51,670 nucleotides of DNA from SAR116 cluster bacterium. Its GTDB lineage: Bacteria > Pseudomonadota > Alphaproteobacteria > Puniceispirillales > Marisalimonadaceae. The translations under genes were made by a program, and so were the position numbers. This document shows, piece by piece, positions 37,776 through 48,166 of the stretch; the stretch's first letter is position 1; each line of letters opens with the position of its first letter. The DNA is taken from NCBI GenBank assembly GCA_042090495.1, contig JBELJF010000003.1, positions 1-51,670 of the forward strand. The letters are read 5' to 3'. The notes beneath the pieces were generated by a model. The model did not search any database. It was given only the letters and a program-made list of their open reading frames with translations, and was not told where the DNA came from.

Positions 37776-38326
37776 TATTTTTCAGAAATAATTTTTTTTA
37801 TCGCTTGATTAATTTTTTTGGAGTTAGGTTTGGTAGTGCTTGCATACCACGATACTAATTTTCCATTTTTATCAATTAAATATTTATAAAAATTCCATTT
37901 TGGAAAAGCTAAGAATCCAGCTTCATTTTTAATCCATTTAAAAAAAGGATGCCCTTCATCACCTTTAATTTTAGTGATTTCTGTCAGTAAAAATGTTACC
38001 CCAAAGTTAGTAGAACAAAATTCTTTTACTTCTTGATTAGAAGATAATTCCTGGTTTCCAAAATCGTTTGAAGGTATTCCCAATACAATAAGCTCATCTT
38101 TTTTGTATTGATTATAAAGTTCTTCTATATCTTTATATTGATTTGTAAACCCACATAAAGATGCTGTGTTAATTACAAAAATTGGTTTGCCTTTAAAATC
38201 AATTAGTTTTATTTCATTACCATCAATTGATTTAAACTTAAATTTATGAGCATCAATATTAGCACTTGAATTATAAGACATGAAAGCTCCTAGTATTACG
38301 AATATAAAAATAAAAAATTTATTCAT
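37775..38326 (-). CDS. Glutathione peroxidase family protein (Cys type, N-terminal signal-like segment)
   Basis: VINTASLCGFT.QY, LGIPSNDFG.QE, PKWNFYKYLID. The catalytic codon is TGT. Confidence 0.92.
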   Translation of the reverse strand: MNKFFIFIFVILGAFMSYNSSANIDAHKFKFKSIDGNEIKLIDFKGKPIFVINTASLCGFTNQYKDIEELYNQYKKDELIVLGIPSNDFGNQELSSNQEVKEFCSTNFGVTFLLTEITKIKGDEGHPFFKWIKNEAGFLAFPKWNFYKYLIDKNGKLVSWYASTTKPNSKKINQAIKKIISEK

Positions 38327-38329
38327 TTT

Positions 38330-39433
38330 TTATGAAACCCAAACCTGATTTAAAATATCTTCTATCAGTTTTTTCCCCTTAGATTGGATTGCTAAGTTTC
38401 TAAAATATCCTGTGATTTTTTGTGAACTCAACGCTTTACCAACTATTTTAGATTTTTGATTAATAATTTCTCTTTGTTTTGACCTGTTTTGAATAAAAGA
38501 TTCTACCATCTCATTAAAATTATTATTATTTTCTAGAAAATCTTTTAAGAAAATAGCATCTTCTAAAATTTGGTTACCTCCTTGAGCTAAATGTGGAAGC
38601 GTAGGGAAAGCTGCTTCTCCAAATAAAAAAACACCTTTTTTAAAGATTGAAGTTATCTCATTTGTATTATTGCCAACTAAAGATATTTGCCAATTCAACT
38701 TATTAGGAATTAAATAGTTCAATAACTCACTATCAAATGTTGGAGGTGAAAAATTATTATTTGAAGGGACAAAAATATAATTAGTTGCTTTTTTATTTTT
38801 AATAATTGTTGGATATATAACAAAATATCCTTGTGAGTGAAGAAGGATCTGAAGAGTTTTTTTGGCTAGGTTATAAGAACTAGTATCTAATGAAACAGCT
38901 CTAAAAATTTTTTTTAAATTTGTTTGTTTATTTGATCCAACAACAAATTTTCGTGATGCTCCCTGTGTCCCATCCGCTCCAATTACAAAATCAGTTTCAA
39001 AAATTCTTTTTTTTGTATCCAAAAGCTCTATTTTATTATCACTATCTATGATGTGATTTATTAAAGAAGAATATATTTTAACATCTTTATTAGACAATAC
39101 CTGTTGTTTCAAAATATTTACAAGATTTTCTCTACTAATGGAGCCATACACTTCATCATTATTCGTAAGATCATAATTAGATAACAATTCTAATATTTCT
39201 TCAGAATTTATTTTTTTAATATGAATTGCATTAAAAGCTTCAAATACTGGCTTTATGTCTTCTTTATCAACTATTTGAGTTAAAGCTTTCCATCCATTAG
39301 GAGAAATTTGTTGTGAACCAAAGTGTAAATTTTCACCTTCAAAAACGTTAACAGAAAATTTTTTCTTTATAAAAATTGAGGCAATTAACCAAGCTGAAAA
39401 ACCCCCTCCAATAATAGATATACTCTTCATCAT
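38330..39433 (-). CDS. FAD-dependent monooxygenase (salicylate-hydroxylase-like), divergent
   Basis: IIGGGFSA, QISPNG..AL, VIGADG..GASR, LFGEAAFPTLPHLAQGGNQ.LEDA. Confidence 0.75.
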   Translation of the reverse strand: MMKSISIIGGGFSAWLIASIFIKKKFSVNVFEGENLHFGSQQISPNGWKALTQIVDKEDIKPVFEAFNAIHIKKINSEEILELLSNYDLTNNDEVYGSISRENLVNILKQQVLSNKDVKIYSSLINHIIDSDNKIELLDTKKRIFETDFVIGADGTQGASRKFVVGSNKQTNLKKIFRAVSLDTSSYNLAKKTLQILLHSQGYFVIYPTIIKNKKATNYIFVPSNNNFSPPTFDSELLNYLIPNKLNWQISLVGNNTNEITSIFKKGVFLFGEAAFPTLPHLAQGGNQILEDAIFLKDFLENNNNFNEMVESFIQNRSKQREIINQKSKIVGKALSSQKITGYFRNLAIQSKGKKLIEDILNQVWVS

Positions 39434-39653
39434 CTAAAATTCAATTTCCGTAAAATGAACTCAAAGTAAACTTTTTACTTATAACTTTGATTAATTTTTT
39501 AAACTTATATTATATATCTTGGACTATAACAAAATATAATGCTAATTATCATTAATTAATGTTTCTCAAATTTTAAATTAATAGATAATTTACTTGAAAA
39601 TTTTTAAAAAATACTAATCATACATTTCATTTTTATTATGCTTGGAAAGATTG

Positions 39654-41264
39654 ATGAATACTAAATTACACGAACAACTTCAAAAAATTGGTATACAGAA
39701 TGTAAAAGAAATTTTCTATAATCCTAGTTATGATTTTCTGTATGAACAAGAAAATTCCTCAGATCTAGTAGGATTTGAAAGAGTGCAAAATACTGAATTT
39801 GGAGCTGTTAATGTCATGACTGGTATTTTCACAGGCCGGTCTCCCAAAGATAAATATATATTAAAAGATGAAACTACAAAAAGCACTTTATGGTGGACTT
39901 CTGATTCTTCAAAAAATGATAACAAACCCATTAATAAAGAGGTTTGGGATAATCTTAATGGTATTGTAACTAAACAACTCTCTAATAAAAAACTATATGT
40001 CATTGATGCATTTTGTGGGGCTAATAAAGATACTTGCTTAAAAGTAAGATTTGTAATGGAAGTGGCTTGGCAGGCTCATTTTGTTAAAAATATGTTTATT
40101 AGACCTTCAGAAGAGGAATTAAAAGATTTCGTTCCAGATTTTCATGTTTTAAATGGTTCAAAATCTAATAATGAAAATTTCAAAAATGATGGCTTAAATT
40201 CAGAAACATTTATAGCCTTCAATCTAACTGATAAAATTCAAATTATTGGAGGTAGTTGGTACGGCGGAGAAATGAAAAAAGGAATGTTCTCTGTCATGAA
40301 TTATCTTCTACCTCCAAAAAATATAGCATCAATGCATTGTTCCGCTAATAAAGGACAAGACGGATCCGTTGCCTTATTTTTTGGTTTATCAGGTACAGGT
40401 AAAACAACTCTTTCTACTGACCCCAAAAGGGAACTTATTGGCGATGATGAGCACGGATGGGATGAGGATGGCGTGTTCAACTTTGAAGGTGGTTGTTATG
40501 CAAAGACCATAGATTTAGACAAAGAAAAAGAGCCAGATATATTTAAAGCTATTAGAAGAGATGCTCTCCTAGAAAACGTAACAGTTAATGAAAATGGTAA
40601 AGTTGATTATAGTGATACTTCCGTTACTCAAAACACAAGAGTGTCATATCCAATTTATCATATAGACAATATTGTTAAACCAATATCAAAAGGTGAACAT
40701 GCATCTAAAATTATTTTTTTAACAGCTGATGCCTATGGTGTACTTCCACCAGTCTCTAGACTATCTTATGAACAAGCGGAGTATCATTTTCTTTCTGGCT
40801 TTACAGCAAAACTGGCTGGCACTGAAAGAGGAGTAACTAAGCCTCAGCCTACTTTTTCTGCTTGTTATGGTGCTGCCTTTTTAATGTTACATCCCACTGT
40901 TTATTCTGATGTGTTGTCAAAAAAAATGAAAGCTTCTAATTCTAAAGTCTTTTTGGTCAACACAGGTTGGAATGGTCAGGGCAATAGAATATCACTAAAA
41001 AATACTAGATCGATAATAGATGCAATCTTAAGTAATGAATTAGATGAGATTGAAACTCAAAAGATTCCATTTTTTAATCTTGAAATTCCTATCAATGTTA
41101 AGAGCGTTCCAACAGAATTATTGGATCCTCGGAACACATGGGATAAAAGTAATTTGTGGGATGAAAAAGCAAAGGAATTAGCACAATTATTTATTAGTAA
41201 CTTTCAAAAATTTTGTGATAATGATCATGGAAAAAAACTTCAAGAAGCAGGTCCTTATATCTAA
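39654..41264 (+). CDS. pckA: Phosphoenolpyruvate carboxykinase (ATP)
   Basis: [60 protein letters not shown]. Confidence 0.96.
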   Translation: MNTKLHEQLQKIGIQNVKEIFYNPSYDFLYEQENSSDLVGFERVQNTEFGAVNVMTGIFTGRSPKDKYILKDETTKSTLWWTSDSSKNDNKPINKEVWDNLNGIVTKQLSNKKLYVIDAFCGANKDTCLKVRFVMEVAWQAHFVKNMFIRPSEEELKDFVPDFHVLNGSKSNNENFKNDGLNSETFIAFNLTDKIQIIGGSWYGGEMKKGMFSVMNYLLPPKNIASMHCSANKGQDGSVALFFGLSGTGKTTLSTDPKRELIGDDEHGWDEDGVFNFEGGCYAKTIDLDKEKEPDIFKAIRRDALLENVTVNENGKVDYSDTSVTQNTRVSYPIYHIDNIVKPISKGEHASKIIFLTADAYGVLPPVSRLSYEQAEYHFLSGFTAKLAGTERGVTKPQPTFSACYGAAFLMLHPTVYSDVLSKKMKASNSKVFLVNTGWNGQGNRISLKNTRSIIDAILSNELDEIETQKIPFFNLEIPINVKSVPTELLDPRNTWDKSNLWDEKAKELAQLFISNFQKFCDNDHGKKLQEAGPYI

Positions 41265-41299
41265 AAATATATTAACTTAATTTTTACCTAGGAATAAAA

Positions 41300-42415
41300 A
41301 TGAAATTAATTTCATCTGTTTTATTTTTCGCTACTATTTTATTTACTTCACATACATATGCCCAATCTTATTCACAAAAAAAGGGTCCTCGAGCAACCTT
41401 GGTTGATGTGGCTAAAGCTGAGATTGTTGATGTTGCTGAAAAAACAAGCGCTATTGGAAGACTTGTTGCTCTTAACCCCATTATTGTATCTTCTAAAATT
41501 AATCAGGAAGTTTTAAAAACTCATTTTAAAATAGGTGATGAAGTTAAAAAGAATGATATCTTATTTACTTTAGATTCTAAGGATGTTCGAAGAAATATAA
41601 AAAGGATAACTGAGGAAATAAAATATGAAGAGGAAACTTTAAATTTTTTGAATGAAAAACTTAGATTGAGAATTTCTAAGTTAAATAATGCAAAAAAATT
41701 AAGAACTCAAAATATAATTACACAAGATAGCTTAGATAGTGTAGAAATTGCGCTCATCCAAAACCGGCAAGAAATTGTACAAAGAAGTTATAATATTAAA
41801 AAACTCCGCATTTCACTTGAAGAGAATAAAGAAAACCTTAGTTTCACAAAGGTTTTATCTCCTGTTTCTGGAAACATAATTGATATTCAATCACAAGTTG
41901 GTGCTATTACTTCTAAAGGAAAAGTTTTGGCATCAATTCTTGAAAATGGATTATATGAAATTGAAACAGACTTAAGATCTGATCTAGCTTCAAGAGTAAA
42001 GATTGGCTCTACTGTAGATGTTTTTAACAATAATAAAAAATTTAAAGGTAAAATAAGAGGTATAGTAAATTCAGAAAATATTAGAACTGGGACAAGAAAG
42101 ATTAGAATTACTCTAAGTGATTCTTTACCAAAAAATCTTAGCGCATCAGGCACTAGATTCTCTCTTGATATAGCGGTTGGAAATAGCTCTAAAAGACTTT
42201 TAATACCTAAAGATGCTCTAACACCTGAAGGTGAAAAACAGGTTGTGTATTTATTCGAAAATGGGATAGCTAAGAAAATACTAGTCCAAACAGGTGTTTC
42301 AGTAGGTAATAATATTGAAATTATAAGGGGTGTTAAAGAAGAGCAATTAGTTGTTATAAAAGGAAATGAAAATTTAAGACCTAACCTACCTATTAAAATC
42401 AAAAAGAATAAATAA
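41300..42415 (+). CDS. RND efflux periplasmic adaptor (membrane fusion protein)
   Basis: Signal peptide, lipoyl halves flanking a coiled coil, SPVSG.I, LLIPKDAL, V.TG......IEI..G; upstream of an RND permease. Confidence 0.88.
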   Translation: MKLISSVLFFATILFTSHTYAQSYSQKKGPRATLVDVAKAEIVDVAEKTSAIGRLVALNPIIVSSKINQEVLKTHFKIGDEVKKNDILFTLDSKDVRRNIKRITEEIKYEEETLNFLNEKLRLRISKLNNAKKLRTQNIITQDSLDSVEIALIQNRQEIVQRSYNIKKLRISLEENKENLSFTKVLSPVSGNIIDIQSQVGAITSKGKVLASILENGLYEIETDLRSDLASRVKIGSTVDVFNNNKKFKGKIRGIVNSENIRTGTRKIRITLSDSLPKNLSASGTRFSLDIAVGNSSKRLLIPKDALTPEGEKQVVYLFENGIAKKILVQTGVSVGNNIEIIRGVKEEQLVVIKGNENLRPNLPIKIKKNK

Positions 42416-42439
42416 AAATTTATTTAGGGTATTATAAGA

Positions 42440-45400
42440 ATGAATAATTTCATTAAGCTTGCCATAAAACAGCCAATTGCAGTTGCTGCTTTGGTTTTTT
42501 TAATTATAGCCTTTGGTCTTGTTGCGCTTCAAAAAATTCCAATCCAAATGACACCCGATATTGATAAACCAATCCTTCAGGTTAGAGTGTCATGGCCTGG
42601 CGCTTCTCCAGAAGATGTAGAAAGAGAGGTGGTTACAAGGCTTGAAGTCGCAGTTTCCTCATTATCTGGTGTAGAAAATGTAGAGTCTGATAGTAGGTTT
42701 GGATCTGGTAGGGTAACTTTAACATACTCAGTTGGTCAGGATATGGACATAGCCCTTATCCAACTTCTAAGCAAAGTGTCTGCAATTGATGGACTTCCTT
42801 CTGAAGCTAAAAGGCCAACAGTGCGGACATCAAATTCTGATGATAGCCCTATTTCAAGATTGGCAATGGTAAAACTTCCTAATTCCGAAATAGATGATTT
42901 GGCATCATTGGGTAATTTTGTAGAGTTTGAAATTATCGAAAAGTTATCCCGTATAGAAGGAATATCTGAAATTACATTCCGAGGAGGAGAGAAAAAAGAA
43001 TTAAAAGTTGCCATAGATACTCAAAAATTAGCTGAATTTTCAATCTCAATTTCTTCCGTTTTAGATTCATTAAGAGCTAGTTCTGCACAGGTAACTGCTG
43101 GTGAAATAATTGAAGGTAAAAGAACATACTCCTTAAGAGCTGAAGCCATTTCTTATACACCAGAAACAGCTAAAAATATTATTTTAAGATCCGAAGTCGG
43201 TTCTGACGGTATACCTGTGAATGTAAAACTGGAGGATGTTGCAAAAGTTTATATGTCCTACAAAAAACCAACTAGTTTTAGAAGAATGAATGGCCAGGAT
43301 GCTATAACATTTGCTGTTTTAAGAGAACCTGATTCTAATGTGGTCAAGATTATAGATAACCTAAAAGTTGAAATAGAAAAATTAAATAAAGGTATACTTG
43401 CTGAAAATGGTTTGGTTTTAAAAAATGTGTATGATGAAACAGTCTATATAAATGCAGCTATTGACCTTGTTCAGCAGAATATTTTAATTGGAGGTATACT
43501 TGCTGTTTGTATACTGATGCTTTTTTTAAGAAGCTTTAGACCTACATTTATAATCATGCTTGCTATTCCTGTTTCAGTTGTTGGAACCTTTGTCGCAATT
43601 TCCTGGTTAGGGCTTTCGGTAAATGTAATCTCTTTGGCAGGCTTAGCTTTTGCAGTAGGGATGGTTGTTGATGCTTCAATTGTTAGTCAAGAAAATATTT
43701 ACCGGTTAAGACAGTCTGGTATGTCATCTATGATGGCTTCTTATCAAGGAGCAAGACAAGTATGGGCACCAATCCTCGGTTCAGCTCTCACCACAGTAGT
43801 GGTTTTTATACCTATTCTATTAATAGAGTTGCCAATTGGACAATTATTTCGAGATATTGGTATTGCCATTTCAGTCTCTGTTTTAATTTCTGTTTTTATT
43901 TCAGTTACGCTGATACCTACAATTGCTTCAAGATTATTAGATAAAGATATAAGTAATGCAAACAGTAGATTTTCTATAATTTTTTTAGATACCTTTGCCT
44001 CAAAGTTTGCAAAGTTAATACAAGGATATGCTAACTGGTCAACTAAATCTCTAAAACTAGGCCTTTCAGTTGTAATGGGATTAATAATTACTGCATCATT
44101 AAGTATTTTTTATTTTTTACCTCCACTTGATTATTTGCCAGATGGTAATAGAAATTTTGTTTTTGCACGTATTATGGTACCCCCAGGGTACAATAAGGAA
44201 GCAACGATTGATATTTCGCGTGCTATGGAAAAAGCAGCTAAACCATTATGGGAAGCAAAAAGTGATGGACCTTATGGCAAGCCAAAGATTGATCGTTTTT
44301 TCTTCGTTGCTTATTCAGGAGGAGCTTTCGCAGGTGCTGCAACTGAGGATCCTAAAAGAGTAAAAGAAATTTTACCTGTTCTTACAAAGCCAATTAGATC
44401 GCAACCTGGCGCAAGGGCTTTTGCGCAACAAGCATCTTTGTTTGGAAGGTCTGTCGGTGGAGCAAGGGTTATTAAATTAGAAATAACTGGGCCGTCTCTA
44501 GACCTGATACAACCAACTGCCCAAAAAGTAATGAGAAGTGTAAGAAAAGAATTTCCTCCAAGTGAAGGGCATCAGGTGCGTTCTGTTCCTCAAATGGGAT
44601 CTGGTTCTCCTCAAGTTATGATCAACCCAATACCCGAAAAGCTTGCTAATATTGGAATGTCTGCAAGAGAATTTGCACAGTCGTTAGATGTGTTTAATGA
44701 TGGTGTACGAGTTACAGAGATACCTTTTGAAGGAAGGCTAATAGATCTTGTTTTAACTTCGGACAAGGCTAACGTTAGCAAAATAGATAATCTAAAGGAT
44801 TTGCCTCTAATTACAAAATCAGGTGAGTTGGTAAGGCTATCCCAAGTTGCAGAAATTAAAATAATAGGTGTTCCTCAACAAATAAAAAGATTATCTGGAA
44901 GAAGAGTAATTACCCTTCAATTAAGACCTCATGAGAGTATATCCTTAGAGGACGCGGTTTTAAAACTACAAGATCTAGTTGTTAATCCTATTGAAAAAGA
45001 TACTCCTGATGGTGTTTCAATAAATTTATCAGGGGCTGCTAGTGAATTAGAACGAACATGGGTAGCTATGAAAAATAATGTAATGATAGCTCTTTTTGTA
45101 ATATTTCTATTACTTGCTATTTTGATGAAATCATTTGTACTTCCTATTGTGGTAATGGTTACTGTTCCTATAGCTGGAGCAGGGGGTATATTAGCACTTG
45201 TGATTTTAAATAAATTTCAACCGCAACCTTTAGATATGCTAACAATGTTAGGGTTTATTATTTTAGCTGGTATTGTAGTCAATAATTCCATTTTGATGGT
45301 TGAACAAACGTTATGGCATATTAGAAATGAAAGCATGAAAATTTCAGAAGCAATTACTGAAGCAACAAAAAATAGAATTAGACCTATATTTATGTCTACT

Positions 45401-45607
45401 CTTACTAGTTTGTTTGGCTTGATCCCTTTGGTTCTCTTTCCTGGTTCTGGATCAGAATTATATCGGGGAATTGGTACTGTAGTTTTTGGAGGATTAGCTA
45501 CTTCTGCAATATTAACATTACTTATGGTTCCTCCTCTTCTTGCTATTGCTCTAAAAACTCAGAAATTAAAAGCAGTTTCAGAAGATAAAGACGAATTATT
45601 TGCTTAA
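42440..45607 (+). CDS. RND efflux permease (AcrB/AcrD/AcrF family)
   Basis: 1055 aa; PGASPEDVEREV, SLAGLAFAVGMVVDASIV..ENI.R, GIVVNN.IL, RIRPIFM. Confidence 0.93.
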   Translation: MNNFIKLAIKQPIAVAALVFLIIAFGLVALQKIPIQMTPDIDKPILQVRVSWPGASPEDVEREVVTRLEVAVSSLSGVENVESDSRFGSGRVTLTYSVGQDMDIALIQLLSKVSAIDGLPSEAKRPTVRTSNSDDSPISRLAMVKLPNSEIDDLASLGNFVEFEIIEKLSRIEGISEITFRGGEKKELKVAIDTQKLAEFSISISSVLDSLRASSAQVTAGEIIEGKRTYSLRAEAISYTPETAKNIILRSEVGSDGIPVNVKLEDVAKVYMSYKKPTSFRRMNGQDAITFAVLREPDSNVVKIIDNLKVEIEKLNKGILAENGLVLKNVYDETVYINAAIDLVQQNILIGGILAVCILMLFLRSFRPTFIIMLAIPVSVVGTFVAISWLGLSVNVISLAGLAFAVGMVVDASIVSQENIYRLRQSGMSSMMASYQGARQVWAPILGSALTTVVVFIPILLIELPIGQLFRDIGIAISVSVLISVFISVTLIPTIASRLLDKDISNANSRFSIIFLDTFASKFAKLIQGYANWSTKSLKLGLSVVMGLIITASLSIFYFLPPLDYLPDGNRNFVFARIMVPPGYNKEATIDISRAMEKAAKPLWEAKSDGPYGKPKIDRFFFVAYSGGAFAGAATEDPKRVKEILPVLTKPIRSQPGARAFAQQASLFGRSVGGARVIKLEITGPSLDLIQPTAQKVMRSVRKEFPPSEGHQVRSVPQMGSGSPQVMINPIPEKLANIGMSAREFAQSLDVFNDGVRVTEIPFEGRLIDLVLTSDKANVSKIDNLKDLPLITKSGELVRLSQVAEIKIIGVPQQIKRLSGRRVITLQLRPHESISLEDAVLKLQDLVVNPIEKDTPDGVSINLSGAASELERTWVAMKNNVMIALFVIFLLLAILMKSFVLPIVVMVTVPIAGAGGILALVILNKFQPQPLDMLTMLGFIILAGIVVNNSILMVEQTLWHIRNESMKISEAITEATKNRIRPIFMSTLTSLFGLIPLVLFPGSGSELYRGIGTVVFGGLATSAILTLLMVPPLLAIALKTQKLKAVSEDKDELFA

Positions 45608-45708
45608 TAACAATGTTATTAGTAACTATTTTTTTTATTTAGTGACAATTTGTGACTTTACGGGCTATATAAGCCTCTTTGAATAAATAATAAAATTTGA
45701 GCTATGTA

Positions 45709-47553
45709 ATGACTAAAAATAAAACTGCTGAAGATAAAATCAAATTTATAAGAAATATTGCAATAGTTGCTCATGTTGATCATGGAAAAACCACTCTTGT
45801 AGACACTTTACTTCAACAATCAGGTACATTTGCTGCACATGCTGAAACAGTAGAAAGAGTAATGGACTCAAACGATTTAGAAAAAGAGCGTGGAATTACA
45901 ATTTTATCGAAAAATACTGGCTTAAATTGGAAAGATTACAGAATAAATATTGTGGACACTCCAGGGCATGCTGATTTCGGTGGAGAGGTTGAAAGAGTTA
46001 TCTCTATGGTAGACTCAGTATTATTGCTAGTTGATGCTGTTGACGGTCCTATGCCACAGACGGGATTTGTTACTAAAAAAGCATTACAAGCTGGGTTACG
46101 TCCCATTGTAGTTATAAATAAAATAGACAGAGATGGTGCAAGGCCTGACTGGGTTCTTGATCAAACATTTGATCTTTTTGATAGATTAGGTGCTGACGAA
46201 AACCAACTAGATTTTCCAGTGGTATACGCATCAGCTATTCAAGGTTGGGCAACTGATGATTTATCAAACAAAAAAGATAATATGGATACTATTTTTGAAA
46301 CTATTATCAAAAACGTATCTCATCCTGACGTAGATGTTTCGGGAAATCTACAAATGCAAATATCAGCCTTAAGTTACTCTAGCTACGTTGGCATAATTGG
46401 AACTGGTAGGATAAGAAGAGGACAATTAAAAAAGGGACAACAAGTTTCTATCGGTAATGTAAATGGAGACGTGCGTGCTGGAAAAATCTTACAAATAATG
46501 AATTTTCATGGTCTTGAAAAAAAAGAAGTAGATGAAGCTACAGCTGGAGATATTGTAGCTGTTAGTGGTTTAGGTGAATTAAAAATCTCTGATACTATAT
46601 GTGAATTTGGTCAATTTGAAGTTTTAGAAAAACTTTCCGTTGATGAGCCAACTCTTAGTATGATTATACAGGTAAACGATAGTCCATTTGCTGGACAAGA
46701 GGGCAAACTTGTAACTAGTAGATCTATAAGAGATCGATTACATCAAGAATTAAAAACAAATGTTGCTCTTCGAGTTGAAGATACTGATCATCCTGACAAA
46801 TTTAGAGTATCTGGAAGAGGTGAACTACATTTGTCAATCTTAATTGAGAGTATGAGAAGGGAAGGCTTTGAGTTAGGGGTGTCTTCCCCAGAAGTTATTA
46901 CAAAAAAAATAGATAACGTAACTAAAGAACCATATGAGAATGTTACAATTGATGTTGAAGAAACTCATCAAGGTAAAGTTATGGAAAAAATGGGAGAAAG
47001 AAAAGCTCAGCTATTAGACATGGTACCTGACGGGAAAGGTAGAGTGCGTTTAGATTATAATATGACTAGTAGAGGTTTAATAGGTTTTAGATCAGAATTT
47101 TTAACACTAACATCTGGTTCAGGGTTATTATACCATACCTTTGATAAATATGGCCCAATAATTCAAGGTTTAAGTACTGGCAGACGAAATGGGGCTTTAA
47201 TATCTATTGGTCAGGGCAAAGCTCTGCCATATGCATTATTTAACCTTCAAGAAAGAGGTAAAATGATCATTGAAAATGGTATTGAGGTATATGAGGGTAT
47301 GATTATTGGTATACATAGTAGAAATAATGATCTTGTTGTTAACCCTCTAAAAGGTAAACAGCTTACTAATATTAGGGCTTCTGGCAGTGATGATGCAGTC
47401 ATACTTACTACACCAATTAACGTTACGCTAGAGTTTGCTTTAGAATTTATAAATGATGACGAGTTAGTTGAGGTAACCCCAACTAGTATAAGAGTAAGAA
47501 AAAAATACCTGAAAGAGCATGAAAGGAAGAAAGCTGCTAGAGCAGCTTCATAA
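45709..47553 (+). CDS. typA: Translational GTPase TypA/BipA
   Basis: [62 protein letters not shown]. Start is ATG 45709 or TTG 45697. Confidence 0.96.
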   Translation: MTKNKTAEDKIKFIRNIAIVAHVDHGKTTLVDTLLQQSGTFAAHAETVERVMDSNDLEKERGITILSKNTGLNWKDYRINIVDTPGHADFGGEVERVISMVDSVLLLVDAVDGPMPQTGFVTKKALQAGLRPIVVINKIDRDGARPDWVLDQTFDLFDRLGADENQLDFPVVYASAIQGWATDDLSNKKDNMDTIFETIIKNVSHPDVDVSGNLQMQISALSYSSYVGIIGTGRIRRGQLKKGQQVSIGNVNGDVRAGKILQIMNFHGLEKKEVDEATAGDIVAVSGLGELKISDTICEFGQFEVLEKLSVDEPTLSMIIQVNDSPFAGQEGKLVTSRSIRDRLHQELKTNVALRVEDTDHPDKFRVSGRGELHLSILIESMRREGFELGVSSPEVITKKIDNVTKEPYENVTIDVEETHQGKVMEKMGERKAQLLDMVPDGKGRVRLDYNMTSRGLIGFRSEFLTLTSGSGLLYHTFDKYGPIIQGLSTGRRNGALISIGQGKALPYALFNLQERGKMIIENGIEVYEGMIIGIHSRNNDLVVNPLKGKQLTNIRASGSDDAVILTTPINVTLEFALEFINDDELVEVTPTSIRVRKKYLKEHERKKAARAAS

Positions 47554-47554
47554 A

Positions 47555-48166
47555 CTATAAGCTCAGGTTTTGTTTATTAAACTCTTCTTTAGTATCTATG
47601 TCTAATGTGGTTCCAATCCCAGCATTAACTGTAACGTAATCTTTATTCTTAATATGTGATCTTGCGCCTTCATCAGCTTTAAGATTCTTTAGAATATCAA
47701 AATAGCTTTTAGGAAGGATAACGGGGTTACCAAGACTAGTTTCATATTTAGGAAAAACTACTTTTGTAGAATTCAATTCTATAAATTTATTTTCTAAATT
47801 CTGTAAATCAACTTTTGATATAAAGGGCATATCTGCTGGGATTATCATGACACCTTGAATATAATCTTCTATATGTCTCATTGCACATGAAATAGACGTG
47901 CCTATTCCTCTTTTATAATCGATATTATTTACAATCTTAATTTTAGGATTGTTAATTAGATCAATAATTTTACTTTTCTCGTGACCTACTACAACCAATA
48001 AATCTTTAGGCTCATTTTCTTCTAATAAAACATCAATTACATGTCTTATAATAGGCTTATCTTGAAATATTTGGACTAGCTTATTTGTTTTTCCATATCT
48101 CCTACTAGAACCAGCGGCTAAAATTATTTTTTTTATTAAATTGGTACAGTTTTTATGATTTGTCAT
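47555..48166 (-). CDS. Molybdenum cofactor cytidylyltransferase-like nucleotidyltransferase (MocA family)
   Basis: ILAAGSSRRYG..NKL, N.DY..G...SI, PADMP, GNPV, D.GAR, DIDT; overlaps the xdhC stop. Confidence 0.82.
   Translation of the reverse strand: MTNHKNCTNLIKKIILAAGSSRRYGKTNKLVQIFQDKPIIRHVIDVLLEENEPKDLLVVVGHEKSKIIDLINNPKIKIVNNIDYKRGIGTSISCAMRHIEDYIQGVMIIPADMPFISKVDLQNLENKFIELNSTKVVFPKYETSLGNPVILPKSYFDILKNLKADEGARSHIKNKDYVTVNAGIGTTLDIDTKEEFNKQNLSL

Noticed and set aside
37775-38326. Selenocysteine-containing glutathione peroxidase
   Set aside because: The active-site codon is TGT (Cys) and there is no in-frame TGA.
42440-45607. RND pump with non-AcrB proton-relay residues (VDAS, VNNS) and no outer-membrane factor
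   Set aside because: Single-Asp/Asn variants are common in this RND subfamily and TolC-type genes are often unlinked.
45605-45621. TAATAACA-A-TGTTATTA palindrome after the RND gene
   Set aside because: It is very AT-rich, overlaps the stop codon and would form only a weak hairpin. I cannot distinguish it from chance.
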